This document shows positions 5,686 to 6,987 of a stretch of DNA of 6,987 nt, piece after piece. The stretch comes from Candidatus Calditenuaceae archaeon HR02 (GTDB taxonomy: Archaea > Thermoproteota > Nitrososphaeria_A > Caldarchaeales > Calditenuaceae), in assembly GCA_002898395.1 (NCBI GenBank), contig BEHE01000034.1:1-6987 (forward strand). The letters are read 5' to 3'. How positions within the stretch are numbered: the stretch's first letter is position 1; every line of letters begins with the position of its first letter. The notes under the pieces are model-generated. The model was not told the origin of the DNA. It did no database searches and was given only the letters and a program-made list of their open reading frames with translations. The position numbers and the translations under genes were made by a program.

Positions 5686-6888
5686 GTGAGGACGGCGGGC
5701 GGAGCCAGGATACTGTTGGACTATGGAGTCAGGATAGATGACCGGGTAATCCTGCCTGGCCACGTCTCGCCCAGGGATTTAGACGCAGTATTGATATCGC
5801 ACGCTCACCTAGACCACGTGGGGGCAGCCCCACTTCTGCTAATCAGTACCACGCCCAAAATCTATGCGACCGAGTCAACTGTCAGACAGGCCGAGATTCT
5901 GCTTAAAGACATGTTGAAGCTCAGTGGGTATTATCTCCCCTTCGCAGGCTCAGAGGTCTCGAAGTTCGTCAGGTCTGTGCAGCGGGTGAGATATGGTGAG
6001 AGGTTTAGGGTTAAGGATGCTGAGATCGAATTCGTCGATGCTGGCCACATACCTGGTAGCGCTCAAATAATTGTCAACGCCGATAAGGCGCTCCTCTACA
6101 CCGGCGACTTCACACCCGTGAAGACTAGGCTGCTCGACGGTTGCGACGATCCGGGTACAGGGTTTGACGTGGTCATCACCGAGTCTACATATGCGCGCGA
6201 GGCCCATCTGCCTCGGAAGACGTTGGAGGATAGGGTTGTAGAAGTGGCGAGGGAGACCGTGAACCAGGGCGGCGTGGTCGTCGTCCCATCCTTTGCCGTG
6301 GCTAGGGCTCAGGAGGTGGCCTGCATACTCTATGCTCATGGCTTCAAGGAGCCTATATGGATTGATGGCATGGCTAGGCAGATTCTCGAGCTCTACATCG
6401 AGGATGAGACGTATGTGGATGGGGTAGAACTGTTGGCGAAGGCGAGCCGGAAGGTAAGGGTTGTGAAAGGTAAGAGGGATAGGGAAACCGTGTTGGATGA
6501 GCCGGGGGTGGTTGTTAGCCCGGCGGGAATGCTGAAAGGAGGCCCAGCCGCTTACTATGCCGCCAAAGTTGCAGACGACCCTACATCCTCTATACTGCTT
6601 GTAAGCTTCCAAGCTCCTAACACGCCCGGTGCCAAGCTCCTGGCCGAGGGGAAGCTCGCGGTAAATAGCTCAGAGCTCAAGGCGGCAGCTAGGGTTGTAC
6701 AGTATAAGCTTTCAGCACACGCAGGCCAAGCGGAGCTCAGAGACTATATCTCGAAGCGCGGAGACTCGGGGACGGCGATCACGATACACGGCGACCCAGA
6801 GGCTTGCGAAGCATTTGCAGCCTGGATAAACGAGAACACCGGTTATAGGGCGGTCAACCCAGCTGGGCCTGAACCTATTATTCTATAG
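5686..6888 (+). CDS. beta-CASP family metallo-beta-lactamase-fold ribonuclease (short aCPSF2-like type). The true N-terminus probably lies about 18-20 codons upstream of the listed GTG.
   Basis: All MBL/beta-CASP signature motifs are present. Motif 1 is the D in ILLDYG. Motif 2 is HAHLDH (5800..5817). Motif 3 is the H in DAGHIPGS. Motif 4 is the D in YTGDF. Motif A is the E in ITESTY. Motif B is the H in LSAHAG. Motif C is the H in TIHGD. There are no KH domains, so this is the short aCPSF2-like form rather than aCPSF1. The frame is open from 5626 and encodes AIEIKVLGGAREVGRSAILV, a typical beta-CASP N-terminus, before the GTG at 5686. See the finding on the start-codon anomaly. Confidence 0.85.
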   Translation: MRTAGGARILLDYGVRIDDRVILPGHVSPRDLDAVLISHAHLDHVGAAPLLLISTTPKIYATESTVRQAEILLKDMLKLSGYYLPFAGSEVSKFVRSVQRVRYGERFRVKDAEIEFVDAGHIPGSAQIIVNADKALLYTGDFTPVKTRLLDGCDDPGTGFDVVITESTYAREAHLPRKTLEDRVVEVARETVNQGGVVVVPSFAVARAQEVACILYAHGFKEPIWIDGMARQILELYIEDETYVDGVELLAKASRKVRVVKGKRDRETVLDEPGVVVSPAGMLKGGPAAYYAAKVADDPTSSILLVSFQAPNTPGAKLLAEGKLAVNSSELKAAARVVQYKLSAHAGQAELRDYISKRGDSGTAITIHGDPEACEAFAAWINENTGYRAVNPAGPEPIIL

Positions 6889-6921
6889 GTATTCGTTAAA
6901 GCTCCTATAACCTCTACGAAT

Positions 6922-6987
6922 ATGGCCTGGATGGTGTATGGGCCCGAGAGCATGGGGCCGAAGAGTATTGTAGGTATCCCTGGCGCT
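6922..6987 (+). CDS. Possible start of an uncharacterised gene running off the right edge of the window
   Basis: The ATG at 6922 opens a frame that stays open to the window end (MAWMVYGPESMGPKSIVGIPGA...). An A/T-rich GTTAAAG element at about 6895..6901 is centred about 25 nt upstream, compatible with a leaderless transcript. Only 22 codons are visible and there is no homology signal. The codon-aligned antisense frame is also open but is R/H/P-rich. Confidence 0.25.
   Translation, partial: MAWMVYGPESMGPKSIVGIPGA

Noticed and set aside
5950-6612. A 220-aa ORF on the minus strand, entirely inside the beta-CASP RNase gene
   Set aside because: It lies in the codon-aligned antisense frame, where stops arise only opposite sense codons TTA, CTA and TCA, which this gene largely avoids. 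The product is R/H/P/L-rich with no motif. The sense strand carries a complete set of beta-CASP motifs. This is a shadow ORF.
6883-6987. A minus-strand frame open from the right window edge to a TAG at 6883..6885, overlapping the beta-CASP stop by 6 nt
   Set aside because: It is the codon-aligned antisense of the plus-strand frame that begins with the ATG at 6922. Its translation (SARDTYNTLRPHALGPIHHPGHIRRGYRSFNEYL) is R/H/P-rich and antisense-like. With only about 100 nt visible it cannot be excluded, but the plus-strand reading is preferred.
1-6987. Defence islands, toxin-antitoxin pairs, CRISPR arrays, integrases or other accessory-genome signatures
   Set aside because: None of the supplied translations carries a motif of those families. 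All large ORFs are assignable to housekeeping families, and I saw no repeat arrays on either strand. By eye, only the long spacer departs in composition. Claiming a novel system here would be unsupported.

Overview
The window reads as a gene-dense, core-metabolism stretch of an archaeal chromosome, probably a hyperthermophilic crenarchaeote (Thermoproteota). Support: archaea-specific PurP genes, AGG/AGA Arg and ATA Ile codon usage, and A/T-rich TATA-like boxes about 25-35 nt upstream of start codons. Five genes are confidently recognisable. (1) An AMP-forming acetyl-CoA synthetase, 5'-truncated by the window edge (1..1716, +). (2) A convergent M24B Xaa-Pro peptidase (1725..2858, -). (3, 4) Two tandem, tightly coupled, mutually divergent PurP/FAICAR-synthetase-family ATP-grasp genes (4474..5478 and 3419..4471, -). 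(5) A divergently transcribed beta-CASP metallo-beta-lactamase-fold RNase of the short aCPSF2-like type (5686..6888, +). I see no rRNA, tRNA, CRISPR array, IS/transposase, integrase or recognisable defence/toxin module, and I cannot honestly claim a clear novel system. Three things deserve a second look. First, the PurP pair shows reciprocal motif decay: the downstream copy has lost the Gly-rich ATP-grasp loop, and the upstream copy has a degenerate N-domain. Second, the conserved N-terminus of the beta-CASP gene is encoded upstream of any canonical in-frame start, with an ATG exactly one base out of register. Third, a 560-bp ORF-poor spacer (2859..3418) carries a strand-biased cluster of TGATG (C-box-like) motifs and possible decayed coding frames. 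All homology statements come from my recognition of motifs in the supplied translations. No database search was run.
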